Shown: one piece after another, positions 41,058 to 50,606 of the stretch
How positions within the stretch are numbered: position 1 is the first letter of the stretch
Layout: each line of letters begins with the position of its first letter
Origin: a bacterium
GTDB lineage: Bacteria; BMS3Abin14
DNA length: 64,000 bases
Reading direction: 5' to 3'
Assembly: GCA_020350725.1 (NCBI GenBank)
Contig: CP070719.1
Span: 1,515,404 to 1,579,403, forward strand
Notes under the pieces: model-generated
Database searches by the model: none
Told to the model about the DNA's origin: nothing
What the model saw: only the letters and a program-made list of their open reading frames with translations
Position numbers and translations under genes: made by a program

Positions 41058-42389
41058 GTGCCTCTGGTCGCCATCGTCGGACGCCCCAATGTGGGCAAGT
41101 CCACCCTTTTCAACAGGATCCTCGGGCGCAGAAAAGCCATCGTGGACGACGTCTCAGGCGTGACGAGGGACCGCATTTACGGGACGGCATCGTGGGGGGG
41201 TAAGGATTTTACCCTCGTGGATACCGGAGGCCTCGATCCGGATGCCGACTCAGGCATCTTCTCCCTCATCCGGCGGCAGGCGGTTGTCGCCATCGACGAG
41301 GCCGATGTCATCATCTTTGTCCTCGACGTGCGATCCGGTCTGACGCCATCGGACATTGAGGTCGCGTCGATCCTGAGAAAGACCGACAAACCCGTTATCG
41401 TCGCCGCCAACAAGGCCGAGGGAAGCAGCCGGGAACATGAGTCGGCCGAGTTCTACAGTCTCGGTATGAGCAGGGTGTATCCCGTGTCGGCCCTTCACGG
41501 GAACGGTGTAGGTGATATGCTCGACGATCTGACAGCGGTCCTTCCGGAAAGAGATCAGATGGTCGACGCCGCGCACGATGTGGCCATTGCCGTCATAGGG
41601 CGTCCCAATACGGGTAAATCCACCCTGATCAACCGTATCCTCGGTGAGGAACGACTGCTGGTCTCCGAGACACCGGGTACCACCCAGGACAGTGTGGACA
41701 CGCTCGTCGAGAGAAACGCCAGACGATACCTTCTGATCGACACAGCGGGAGTGCGGAGAAGGAGCAGGATCAACCGCAACCTCGAACGCTACTCGGTCAT
41801 GAGATCCATAGCATCCATTGAAAGATGCGACGTGTGCGTCCTGCTGCTCGACAGTGTGGAGGGGCTCGTCGAACAGGATGTCAGATTGGCGGGTCTGGTG
41901 GAGGATCGGGGAAAAGGGCTCATCGTCGCCCTGAACAAATGGGATCTCATGGAGAAGGACCATCAGACATTCGACGGGATGTGCCGCGACATCAGGCAGG
42001 ACCTCTTCTTCTTCTCACACGCCCCCATCCTGTCCCTGTCGGGGCTGACCGGGCTCAGGGTGGGCCGGATCTTCGACGCCGTCGAGTCGGTCCACCAGGA
42101 GGCCGGGAAAAAGGTGTCCACGAGGGTGCTGAACGATCTCATCGAGGAGGCCGCCCAACGGTATCAGCCCCACGTTGTCAGGGGAAGAAGGGTGCGTTTC
42201 TATTACGCAACCCAGACGGGGACGCACCCCCCGACCTTCCTGATATTCACAAACAGGCCCAGGGAAATCCGTGAAAACTACACCAAATACCTGGAGAGGA
42301 GACTGCGCGAGGAGCTCGGTTTCCAGGGATCTCCCATAAGGCTGAAGTTCAGGCGGGGACGGGAGGATGGGGGCAGGGATAAAAGATAG
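41058..42389 (+). CDS. der: ribosome biogenesis GTPase Der (EngA)
   Basis: two GTPase domains GRPNVGKSTL / GRPNTGKSTL, KH-like C-terminus; GTG start. Confidence 0.9.
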   Translation: MPLVAIVGRPNVGKSTLFNRILGRRKAIVDDVSGVTRDRIYGTASWGGKDFTLVDTGGLDPDADSGIFSLIRRQAVVAIDEADVIIFVLDVRSGLTPSDIEVASILRKTDKPVIVAANKAEGSSREHESAEFYSLGMSRVYPVSALHGNGVGDMLDDLTAVLPERDQMVDAAHDVAIAVIGRPNTGKSTLINRILGEERLLVSETPGTTQDSVDTLVERNARRYLLIDTAGVRRRSRINRNLERYSVMRSIASIERCDVCVLLLDSVEGLVEQDVRLAGLVEDRGKGLIVALNKWDLMEKDHQTFDGMCRDIRQDLFFFSHAPILSLSGLTGLRVGRIFDAVESVHQEAGKKVSTRVLNDLIEEAAQRYQPHVVRGRRVRFYYATQTGTHPPTFLIFTNRPREIRENYTKYLERRLREELGFQGSPIRLKFRRGREDGGRDKR

Positions 42390-42416
42390 GGGTCAGGATT
42401 CAGGATCCAGTAGTCA
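42389..42416 (+). repeat. heptamer array GGRTYCA x4
   Basis: ggggtca ggattca ggatcca gtagtca. Confidence 0.6.
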
Positions 42417-42564
42417 GAGTAAGATAACGACGCTGGACGGGCAAGGGGCCACTGAAATCTCAAGACGAATGTTCAGGAAAGCAAGGGTAATGGATAACAT
42501 GCGTTGTCGGCGGAGAGTATGGCCTGACTGCCTTGTTTTTTCCGTCTTCTGACTCCTGTTTCCG

Positions 42565-43041
42565 ATGAGAGCCTATCTCGATATCGAGACAACCTACGAA
42601 GGTGACATCAGCGTGGTGGGGATCCACCGTCCCGGCCGGCCCCTGATCCAGCTGGTGGGTGGCGAGATCACGGACGTCAACCTTGAGAAGGTCATGGAGG
42701 GGATCGATGTCCTGGTCACCTTCAACGGATCGCGCTTCGACCTTCCCGTCATCAGGAAGACTGCTGGCATCGACCTCACCGACCTGGCAAGGCACAGGGA
42801 TCTCCTGACGGTGTGCCGGAGACGGGGGATCAAGGGAGGGCTCAAGAGGATCGAGGTCCTTTTCGGGATTCCAAGGCTGTCTGAGATGATCGACGGCGCC
42901 ATGGCTCCTTACCTCTGGCAGCGCTACCAGGAGATGGGGGACGAGGAAGCCCTCGAGGAGCTGCTGGCCTACAACCGGGAGGACGTCGTGAATCTGGAGA
43001 TCCTGGAGATGGCACTGGACGCTCTGGAGCCGCTTGAATAA
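42565..43041 (+). CDS. small RNase H-like / DnaQ-fold 3'-5' exonuclease domain protein
   Basis: YLDIETT and YNREDV motifs. Confidence 0.6.
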   Translation: MRAYLDIETTYEGDISVVGIHRPGRPLIQLVGGEITDVNLEKVMEGIDVLVTFNGSRFDLPVIRKTAGIDLTDLARHRDLLTVCRRRGIKGGLKRIEVLFGIPRLSEMIDGAMAPYLWQRYQEMGDEEALEELLAYNREDVVNLEILEMALDALEPLE

Positions 43042-43182
43042 GAGGGTGGAATTTGAACAGGGAGTAAAGGGGAACGCCCAGGATCGAGGTCATTACTCCT
43101 CCGCCCTTGACGTTTGTGCAAAGTTGGCCAATATTACCATTTGTTCTTCTCGATTGAAGATCAAGAAGAGGGGAGGGATACC

Positions 43183-44244
43183 GTGAACATCCTGGAGATT
43201 TTTAGGATCAAGGTCCTGGGCAACGAGGTCTTCCAATGGCTCCTTGCCGCGGCCATTCTCTGTGCCGTCTATATCGGACTGGTCGTTATCAGGAACTATG
43301 CGGGAAGGCGGCTGAGGAAGATGTCGGAGGCGACGGAATCTAACCTCGACGATTTCATCACCGATCTCATTCGGCATAGGACCAAACGGGTCCTGATATT
43401 CCTGTTTGCCGTGTATGCAGCGTCCCAGGTGCTGATCCTGCCCTCGAGGATCGCAAACTCTATCTCCGGAGCAGCCGTTCTCGCTCTCGCGCTTCAGGTC
43501 GGGCTGTGGGGCAACGGCATCGTCAGCTATCTGGTTTCGCGCAGGGCTTCCAGGGATGGCGACGAGGCGCTGAACCTGGAGGCCTATTCCGTCATCACCT
43601 GGATGGCCAAGGCCGGTCTGTGGGTTTTCGTCATTCTCCTGGCTCTGAACAACCTGGGGATCAAGGTCACCGCCCTCGTAGCCGGCCTGGGGATCAGCGG
43701 CATCGCGGTGGCCCTCGCTGTCCAGAATATCCTGGGGGATCTGTTCGCCTCCCTGTCCATAGTCCTGGACAGGCCATTCGTTATCGGGGATTTCATCATC
43801 GTCGGGGACCAGATGGGGTCGGTCGAACACGTGGGCCTGAAGACCACCAGGGTGAGGTCGATATCGGGTGAGCAGATCGTTTTCTCCAACACCGACCTCC
43901 TCAACAGCCGGGTCAAGAATTACCGGCGCATGGAGGAACGGAGGATCGTTTTCACCATCGGCGTGACCTATCAGACACCAAAAGACAGGCTGGAGGCCAT
44001 CCCGCGGTGGATACAGGAGATTATCGAGGGACAGGAACAGGTCCGGTTCGATCGTTCCCACTTCACGGACTACGGCGATTTCTCCCTTAATTTCGAGACG
44101 GTCTACTTTGTCACCGATCGGGATTTCAAGCTTTACAGGGATATCCAGCAGGCCATCAACCTGGCACTGTACCGGAAATTCGAGGAGGAAGGGGTGGAGT
44201 TCGCCTACCCCACCCAGACACTGTTCCTGGAAAAATCGGACTAG
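43183..44244 (+). CDS. mechanosensitive ion channel (MscS family)
   Basis: MscS TM3 / beta-domain pattern; GTG 43183 with GGGAGGG SD preferred over 43114. Confidence 0.8.
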   Translation: MNILEIFRIKVLGNEVFQWLLAAAILCAVYIGLVVIRNYAGRRLRKMSEATESNLDDFITDLIRHRTKRVLIFLFAVYAASQVLILPSRIANSISGAAVLALALQVGLWGNGIVSYLVSRRASRDGDEALNLEAYSVITWMAKAGLWVFVILLALNNLGIKVTALVAGLGISGIAVALAVQNILGDLFASLSIVLDRPFVIGDFIIVGDQMGSVEHVGLKTTRVRSISGEQIVFSNTDLLNSRVKNYRRMEERRIVFTIGVTYQTPKDRLEAIPRWIQEIIEGQEQVRFDRSHFTDYGDFSLNFETVYFVTDRDFKLYRDIQQAINLALYRKFEEEGVEFAYPTQTLFLEKSD

Positions 44245-44437
44245 TTGAATCACAGGGGACATGGGACAGACCAGGAGGCAAACTTCCCGGCAGGATCATG
44301 CCCGTCCCTCTGAGGTGTAAGCCGGCCCAGATACTGTGGGGATGCACTTGAGTGATTGCCGGTAGCCGCTTCCCCTGTGACCCCGGCGTCCCCCATGGTC
44401 GATCCTGGCCCACTGCAACGAGAACCTGGACTTCCCA

Positions 44438-44989
44438 TTGAAATTCATCAGCCGCCGCCACCATTCGATCCGTTCAGACAGGCGGGATTTTTGCCTCCCC
44501 GAAATGATCCACCTGCCGGCCCTCGAAGAGAGCTGGACGGTGCAATACCGTGACAACGGCAGCGCGGCCGCGCAGGCACGGGTTCCCCGGCAAGGGATTG
44601 TGGTGGTCAGCGGCCAGATCCGAAACGCTGAAAAGGTTCGGGAAGCCCTCAGGCGCTGGCTGGTCCGCCAGGCCAGATCCTCGCTGGTGCCGTGGCTGAA
44701 AGAGCTGAGCGAGGATGCGGGGCTGTCTTTCGGAAGGGTGGCCATCAGGGGCCAGCGGACGCGGTGGGGCAGCTGTTCAGCCCGGGGGAACATCAACCTG
44801 AACTACAAACTTCTCTTCCTTACTCCCGATCTGGTCCGATACATCCTGCATCATGAACTGTGTCACACCGTCCACCTGGACCACTCCCGGCTGTTCTGGG
44901 AGCTCCTCGCATCCTTCGAGCCGGACTACAGGGTGTACAACAGGCAGGTCAAGAGGGGCATGGAGCATGTTCCCGGATGGGCCAAGTAG
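44438..44989 (+). CDS. YgjP-like metal-dependent hydrolase (DUF45 / M48-like, HExxH)
   Basis: YILHHELCHTVHLDHS. Confidence 0.7.
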   Translation: MKFISRRHHSIRSDRRDFCLPEMIHLPALEESWTVQYRDNGSAAAQARVPRQGIVVVSGQIRNAEKVREALRRWLVRQARSSLVPWLKELSEDAGLSFGRVAIRGQRTRWGSCSARGNINLNYKLLFLTPDLVRYILHHELCHTVHLDHSRLFWELLASFEPDYRVYNRQVKRGMEHVPGWAK

Positions 44990-45013
44990 GGAGGAATAGA
45001 CACGGGGGAAAAG

Positions 45014-45048
45014 GAGTCCAGAGTCCAGAGGCCAGGGTCCAGAGGGGG
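45014..45048 (+). repeat. heptamer array GRGTCCA x4-5
   Basis: gagtcca gagtcca gaggcca gggtcca gaggggg. Confidence 0.65.
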
Positions 45049-45176
45049 CGGGGGGGGAGAGGGGGCCCTTCGACAGGCTCAGGGCAGGCGAAAAACAGAC
45101 GCGGAGACGCGGCGACAGGGAGGATAGGTAAACGGGGAAAGAGGAGGGATATTACTTGGCACCCAGTCCTTTTCTC

Positions 45177-45749
45177 TTAGCCCTGCTTTTTTCTGCTGTA
45201 CCCATACGATCCCAGAGCATCGCCCAGGGCGCGATAGGTTCGATCCGGAGGGGAATAGGCGAGGGGATTGAGGATCTCGAAGCGGATATTGCCTTCCTCG
45301 TCGAAGGCGTCCTCGGCCACGTGGGTCGCCACCACCTCACCCAGGAACATATCGTGCACACCGAGGGGGACGATCTCGGCGACCCTGCACTCCATGGAGA
45401 CAGTGCATTCGTCGACAAGGGGCGGCGAGACCACTTCGGCCTGGACCGGGGTGAGGCCGGCCTCGAAGAACTTGTCCCTGCTCTTGCCCGAGACAATGCC
45501 GCACAGGTCGACCTTCTTGACGATCTCCACCGGCGGGATATTGACGACAAATTCGCCTGTATCCTTGATGATGCTGTAGGAGTAGCGGGACGGTCGGATG
45601 CTTATGCTCACCATCGGTGGATCTGAGCAGATGACCCCTGCCCAGGCGATGGTGATGATGTTGGGCCTTCCCCCCCTGTCCTGGCAGGTGACCAGCGCGA
45701 CCGGCGCGGGAACGAGAAAAGTGTTTGGTTTGATCGAGCGCTTTTTCAT
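45177..45749 (-). CDS. flavin reductase-like FMN-binding protein
   Basis: split-barrel flavin reductase pattern; ATG at 45749. Confidence 0.75.
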   Translation of the reverse strand: MKKRSIKPNTFLVPAPVALVTCQDRGGRPNIITIAWAGVICSDPPMVSISIRPSRYSYSIIKDTGEFVVNIPPVEIVKKVDLCGIVSGKSRDKFFEAGLTPVQAEVVSPPLVDECTVSMECRVAEIVPLGVHDMFLGEVVATHVAEDAFDEEGNIRFEILNPLAYSPPDRTYRALGDALGSYGYSRKKQG

Positions 45750-45777
45750 AGGGGATCCTTCTCTACAGCGCCTTGGT

Positions 45778-45812
45778 CTCAGCACTTAGCAGTTAGTCCT
45801 TAGTCCTTCTTC
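45778..45812 (+). repeat. heptamer array CTTAGYM x5
   Basis: ctcagca cttagca gttagtc cttagtc cttcttc. Confidence 0.6.
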
Positions 45813-45813
45813 T

Positions 45814-46554
45814 CTATATTATCTGTGCCAGAAATGCTCTTGTTCTGTCATGGTCCGGGCTGTCGAACATCCTCTCCGGCGTGCCGACCTCGATGATGCG
45901 TCCTTCATCCATGAAAACAACCCTGTCGCAGACCTCCCTGGCAAAGCCCATCTCATGCGTGACACAGCACATAGTCATCCCCTCGCGGGCAAGGGTCTTC
46001 ATGACATCGAGGACCTCGCCGATCATCTCCGGATCCAGGGCGGAGGTCGGTTCGTCGAACAGCATGATCTTCGGTTGCATGGCCAGGGCTCGAGCGATGG
46101 CCACCCGCTGCTGCTGGCCGCCGGAAAGCTGTGAGGGGAAGGAGTTGGCCTTCTCGGGTATCCCCACTTTCTCCAGGAGCTGCATGGCGATCCCCTCGCT
46201 CTGGTCCCTGGACCGCCTGCGCACCTTGATCGGGGCGATGGTCACGTTGCCCAGGACGGTCATGTGGGGAAAGAGGTTGAAGCTCTGAAAGACCATGCCC
46301 ACCTCGGCACGCACCGCGTTGATGTTCGTCCTCGAGTCCGTCAGGGGGATGCCGTCGATGAAGATCTCGCCCCTGTCGATGGTCTCGAGATGGTTCAGGC
46401 AGCGCAACAGGGTGCTCTTCCCTGAGCCGGACGGCCCGATGATGGTGACCACCTCGCCCTTGTCCACCTGCATGGTGACGTCCACGAGGGCTTCCACCCT
46501 GTGACGGGAGTAGAAGGTCTTGTAGACGTTTCTGACGTCAATCACTGACCGCAA
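45814..46554 (-). CDS. polar amino acid ABC transporter ATP-binding protein
   Basis: [32 protein letters not shown]. Confidence 0.9.
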   Translation of the reverse strand: MRSVIDVRNVYKTFYSRHRVEALVDVTMQVDKGEVVTIIGPSGSGKSTLLRCLNHLETIDRGEIFIDGIPLTDSRTNINAVRAEVGMVFQSFNLFPHMTVLGNVTIAPIKVRRRSRDQSEGIAMQLLEKVGIPEKANSFPSQLSGGQQQRVAIARALAMQPKIMLFDEPTSALDPEMIGEVLDVMKTLAREGMTMCCVTHEMGFAREVCDRVVFMDEGRIIEVGTPERMFDSPDHDRTRAFLAQII

Positions 46555-47521
46555 ACCTCCTCTCCATAAACTGAACGATCATGGAGAGGCTGAAGGTGAG
46601 GATAAGGTACAGAGCGGCCACCGTGAAGAAGACCTCGAAATAATTGAACGTCGAGGTGCCGATCTCCCTGCCCGCCCTGGTCAGCTCCACGAGGGCGATG
46701 ACGCCGACCAGCGAGGAATCCTTGATCAGGGAGATAAACTGCCCGGCGAGGGGAGGGAGGATCCTCTTGAAGGCCTGGGGCAGGATGATGTAACGCATGG
46801 ACAGGTAGTAATTCATGCCCAGGGACCGGGCCGCCTCAGACTGGCCCCGGTGGATCGACTGGATGCCGGCTCGAATGATCTCGGCGACGTAGGCTCCGGC
46901 GAAGACGGACAGAGCCAGGACACCGGCCATGAAATTGGAGAGTTTGAAGACCTGTCCGACGAAGAAATAGAAGATGTAGATCTGAACCAGAAGGGGTGTA
47001 CCGCGGATCAGCTCTATGTAGCCGATGGCCAGCCACTTGGGCGCCGGGCTGCCGGACAGCCGGGCAAGGCCCGTGAACAGCCCGATGATGATCCCCAGAA
47101 TAATGGCGAGAACGGAGATCTCAAGGGTGAGGATCAGGCCCTTGAGGAGGAGGCCGGCCTTCCATCGCTCCCACTGGGCGAGGACCTGTCCCGATCGGAT
47201 CTCGTCCCCCACGGATACGGTGACCAGGTTCGAGGGAACCGTGTAATACTGCTCTTCGTCAAGGAAGTTGGCCGCCACGATGACCGTGTCGGAACCATCC
47301 CTGTCGAGGGCGATGACCGTTGCGTCCTCCTGGGCCTCGATCAGATCGCTGTCCTTGAAGAGGACGTAGCGGGGTATCTGTTCCCACCGCCATATGTATT
47401 CCACCTTTTTTGTCGTGTGGAAGGTGCCGGCCACGAGGCCGATCAGGATAAGGGCCAGTGCGATCCAGGACAGAGTGCTGCGGAAACGGGGATTGTGCAC
47501 GAGGTCCTTTACGGTTTCCAA
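46538..47521 (-). CDS. amino acid ABC transporter permease (long N-terminal extension)
   Basis: EAA-type motif EAARSLGMN. Confidence 0.8.
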   Translation of the reverse strand: METVKDLVHNPRFRSTLSWIALALILIGLVAGTFHTTKKVEYIWRWEQIPRYVLFKDSDLIEAQEDATVIALDRDGSDTVIVAANFLDEEQYYTVPSNLVTVSVGDEIRSGQVLAQWERWKAGLLLKGLILTLEISVLAIILGIIIGLFTGLARLSGSPAPKWLAIGYIELIRGTPLLVQIYIFYFFVGQVFKLSNFMAGVLALSVFAGAYVAEIIRAGIQSIHRGQSEAARSLGMNYYLSMRYIILPQAFKRILPPLAGQFISLIKDSSLVGVIALVELTRAGREIGTSTFNYFEVFFTVAALYLILTFSLSMIVQFMERRFAVSD

Positions 47522-47605
47522 GAAAATCCCTCCGGACTCGGGTTGCCAATAAGGTTCGGGGGGCTCCTCTGCCCCCCGTTACCGATGACCGATCGACCGA
47601 CTGAG

Positions 47606-48418
47606 TTACTGGACGTCCTTGATCCAATCGTTGCCGGTGATCCACTTGCTGTAGACCTTGTCGTAGCGTCCGTCGCCCTTTATCTGAGCCAGGAAGTTGT
47701 TGAGCCAGTTGAGAAAATCCGGGTCTCCCTGCTTGATGGCCCACCCCAGGGGTTCGAAGGTGAAGGGTTCATCGAGAAAGACGAGCTTTCCGGCGCCCTT
47801 CTGGGCAAAGAAGACGGCACAGTACGGCAGGTCGTAGACGAAGGCGTCGGCCTTGCCGTTGATCACCTCGAGGGCGGCCTCGGGTTCGGTCTCGAAGCTC
47901 TTGTACTTGGCTCTGGGGATGAGGCTCTTGACCGCCTGCTCGCCGGTGGTGCCCAGCTTGGAGGTCACGGTGTATTTCGGATCGTTAAGGTCCTTGTAGG
48001 TCTTGATATAGCCAGTGAGGTCCTTGTTGATGAGGATGGTCTGACCGACGATGATGTAGGGATCGGCAAAATTGACCTTCAGGTTCCTTGCCTGGGTGAC
48101 CGTCATACCGCTCATGATGATGTCGAACTTGTCCGTGAGCAGGGAGCCGATGATGCCGTCCCAGGCCGTGGGGATCAGTTCCAGTTCGACGCCCATCTCC
48201 TTGGCCATGACCTTGGCCATGTCCACGTCGAAACCGACGATCCTGCTCTGCTTGTCCTGCATCTCAAAGGGCATGTAACCCGGCTCCATGCCGACCCGGA
48301 GCTTACCGGCCTTGAGGATGGACTGCAGGGTTGATTTTGCTGCCAGATCGGTGTCTGCGGCCATGACGGGACAGGCCATTGCCACAACCAGGACAAAAAC
48401 AAGAACGGCTCGCTTCAT
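47606..48418 (-). CDS. amino acid ABC transporter substrate-binding protein (family 3)
   Basis: signal peptide, SBP_bac_3-like. Confidence 0.8.
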   Translation of the reverse strand: MKRAVLVFVLVVAMACPVMAADTDLAAKSTLQSILKAGKLRVGMEPGYMPFEMQDKQSRIVGFDVDMAKVMAKEMGVELELIPTAWDGIIGSLLTDKFDIIMSGMTVTQARNLKVNFADPYIIVGQTILINKDLTGYIKTYKDLNDPKYTVTSKLGTTGEQAVKSLIPRAKYKSFETEPEAALEVINGKADAFVYDLPYCAVFFAQKGAGKLVFLDEPFTFEPLGWAIKQGDPDFLNWLNNFLAQIKGDGRYDKVYSKWITGNDWIKDVQ

Positions 48419-48462
48419 AACTCCTCCTTTCAGGATCGAATAACCCTACCTGTGGTTGGATC

Positions 48463-48615
48463 TCAATAGGACTTTCCCTCGTCCAGAAGCTCACAGATCA
48501 TCATTTCCACGTCGCACTCGGGACAGCGGGGAATCTCCTCCTTTGGGATGTAGACGATCTCTGTGTGGTCACACAGCGGGCACTTGACCTGTATGGCTTC
48601 CACTTTGTCCCGCAC
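48463..48615 (-). CDS. small zinc-ribbon protein (50 aa, CPLC...CPEC), first gene of ABC operon
   Basis: manually translated (below 60-aa ORF cutoff): (M)RDKVEAIQVKCPLCDHTEIVYIPKEEIPRCPECDVEMMICELLDEGKSY; GTG start, AAGGGGG SD, promoter directly upstream. Confidence 0.45.
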   Translation of the reverse strand: MRDKVEAIQVKCPLCDHTEIVYIPKEEIPRCPECDVEMMICELLDEGKSY

Positions 48616-48639
48616 GGCACCCCCCTTTGAGGAACTCTA

Positions 48640-48669
48640 CATATAACACCTGCGTTTTTTTCGTGTCAA
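48640..48669 (-). promoter_or_regulatory. sigma70 promoter (TTGACA-N18-TATATG on minus strand)
   Basis: -35 lies inside IR arm TGTCAATGACG 48664..48674. Confidence 0.5.
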
Positions 48670-48776
48670 TGACGATAGGTCTGGAAAAAGGCAGAATAGA
48701 GAATGAAAACCATCATATATTCGGGAATAGGAAAGAGCGGGAAAAAGGTAGAGAGGCCAGCAGGAAGAGGTTTGCG

Positions 48777-48786
48777 TAATGCATTA
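48777..48786. promoter_or_regulatory. perfect 10-bp palindrome TAATGCATTA; AATGCATT recurs at 48866..48873
   Basis: read from sequence. Confidence 0.5.
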
Positions 48787-48839
48787 TTCAGGATCCGGGA
48801 CAGTGTCTCATGCTGACTCCTGTCTGCGGAACAGCGTCA

Positions 48840-48868
48840 TTGACAGTCCCCGGCGGCTGACCTAGAAT
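48840..48868 (+). promoter_or_regulatory. sigma70 promoter TTGACA-N17-TAGAAT
   Basis: -35 inside IR arm CGTCATTGACA 48835..48845; -10 overlaps AATGCATT. Confidence 0.55.
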
Positions 48869-48898
48869 GCATTGCCTGGATCTCATGGAGGGTAACCC

Positions 48899-49291
48899 TT
48901 GGATTTTCTCACGCCTGTTTTGGGGACGCTCACGGGTATCGAGGCGGCCCACTGGAAAGATATCCTCATTTTCACGGCGAAGGTCATCCTCTTCTGTGTG
49001 CCCTTCGTCGCTGTGGGTTTCCTTCTGGAGCGCGACATGATCCGGCTCCCCGCAGTGTCCAAGATACTGAAAATCGGCATCCTGACAACCTTCGCTGCAC
49101 CTGTCTTTCTCTACGGACTTCTCAACCTGATGGCACCCGGTCTGCCGGACTCCTTCTGGGAAAGCTATCCCCTGCTGGAGTCCATGTGGATCATGGAAGG
49201 AAGATGGCCTCCGATCATCCTCATGGGGATCGTTGTCCTCTTTGTCGTCCTCTATTGTGTTGAGATCGTTGAGGGAGATCTGACGAAATAA
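48899..49291 (+). CDS. small integral membrane protein (130 aa, 3-4 TM)
   Basis: TTG start, GGAGGG SD; hydrophobic; overlapping minus ORF 48788..49294 judged spurious. Confidence 0.5.
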   Translation: MDFLTPVLGTLTGIEAAHWKDILIFTAKVILFCVPFVAVGFLLERDMIRLPAVSKILKIGILTTFAAPVFLYGLLNLMAPGLPDSFWESYPLLESMWIMEGRWPPIILMGIVVLFVVLYCVEIVEGDLTK

Positions 49292-49420
49292 CAATGATCA
49301 GATGCAGGAGTCCGGTGTCCGGAGGGGAAACCGGGGCAGGGACAGGGTGACTGAGAAGAGGGTGCCTCCCGAATCAGGGATCACTGGCTTTAACCGGTAA
49401 CGGTGAACGACTCTCATCTA

Positions 49421-49449
49421 TTGACAGATGGGGAAAATTGTTCTAATTA
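49421..49449 (+). promoter_or_regulatory. candidate promoter TTGACA-N17-TAATTA for rplM-rpsI
   Basis: read from sequence. Confidence 0.35.
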
Positions 49450-49506
49450 GGTCCGTTCGTCCTGTTGTTCCAAAATCTTTTGTTCTACACAGAGGTGTTC
49501 AAAAAG

Positions 49507-49935
49507 ATGAAGACCTATTCCGCCAAAAAGGGAGAAGTTCAGAGGAGGTGGGTTCTCGTCGACGCCGAGGGGCAGGTCCTCGGGCGTCTTGCCTCCCGAG
49601 TAGCAGGTGTGCTGAGGGGTAAGAACAGGCCGCAGTACACCCCCCACGTGGACACCGGCGACTTCGTCATCGTGGTCAACGCCGAGAAGATCCATCTCAC
49701 GGGCAACAAGGCCGAGGATAAGATATACTATCGGCACTCAGGCTATCCCGGAGGCATCAGGGCCATGACGGCTGCAGAGATGCTTCAGAAGAAACCCGAG
49801 CAGGTGATCAAGAAAGCCGTCAAGGGCATGCTGCCTAAAAACCGACTGGGACAGGCCATGCTGAGCAAGCTCAAGGTGTACGCTGGCCCGGACCATCCCC
49901 ATGAGGCGCAGCGGCCAGAAAAGATCTCTCTCTAA
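49507..49935 (+). CDS. rplM: 50S ribosomal protein L13
   Basis: [22 protein letters not shown]. Confidence 0.95.
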   Translation: MKTYSAKKGEVQRRWVLVDAEGQVLGRLASRVAGVLRGKNRPQYTPHVDTGDFVIVVNAEKIHLTGNKAEDKIYYRHSGYPGGIRAMTAAEMLQKKPEQVIKKAVKGMLPKNRLGQAMLSKLKVYAGPDHPHEAQRPEKISL

Positions 49936-49952
49936 GATCTCGAGGAACGGAT

Positions 49953-50345
49953 ATGACAGAGGCCACTTATTACGGGACCGGAAGAAGGAAGACCTCCATC
50001 GCAAGGGTGTGGATCACTCCCGGTGAAGGGAAGATCAGCATCAACAGGAAGGATGCTGACGAATACCTGGGGCGGGAGACCCTCAAGATGATCATCATGC
50101 AGCCCTTTGAGGTCACCGGCACCTCGGGACAGTTCGATGTCAGGGTCAATGTCAACGGGGGCGGGTCCAGCGGACAGGCCGGAGCGATCAAGCACGGCAT
50201 CAGCAGGGCTCTCCTGCGGGTCTCCGACGAGCACAGAAAACCACTCAAGAAGGCCGGCTACCTGACCAGAGACGCCCGGGAGGTCGAGCGCAAGAAGTAC
50301 GGCCAGAGGGGAGCCCGCGCCAGATTCCAGTTCTCAAAGCGTTGA
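49953..50345 (+). CDS. rpsI: 30S ribosomal protein S9
   Basis: C-terminal [12 protein letters not shown]. Confidence 0.95.
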   Translation: MTEATYYGTGRRKTSIARVWITPGEGKISINRKDADEYLGRETLKMIIMQPFEVTGTSGQFDVRVNVNGGGSSGQAGAIKHGISRALLRVSDEHRKPLKKAGYLTRDAREVERKKYGQRGARARFQFSKR

Positions 50346-50370
50346 TACCGGACCTGCTCGCTTATCGGAA

Positions 50371-50399
50371 GGGAAGGGCTTTGCCCTTCCCTTTTTTTT
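50371..50399 (+). terminator. rho-independent terminator
   Basis: GGGAAGGG-ctttg-CCCTTCCC + T8. Confidence 0.8.
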
Positions 50400-50606
50400 G
50401 GCCGGGTGAAGATCCGGGCATGGTATTCATTTTCCACTTTTCGGTTGTCAGGTTCGAATATCGAGGTCAGCACCGTCGGGCGATATCCCCTTTAATGATT
50501 CTGGATTGAGCACTTTCGCTCTGAATTCTCCCTGTCGCTAGAAGGCCGGTTTCGTGGTATCTAGAAGGAGAGGATTCGACGGGAACAATCTCCTGCGGAG
50601 GCAAAT

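Noticed and set aside
48788-49294. 168-aa minus-strand ORF overlapping the small membrane-protein gene
   Set aside because: Acidic, low-complexity product with no start context. The + strand hydrophobic ORF with SD and promoter is favoured.
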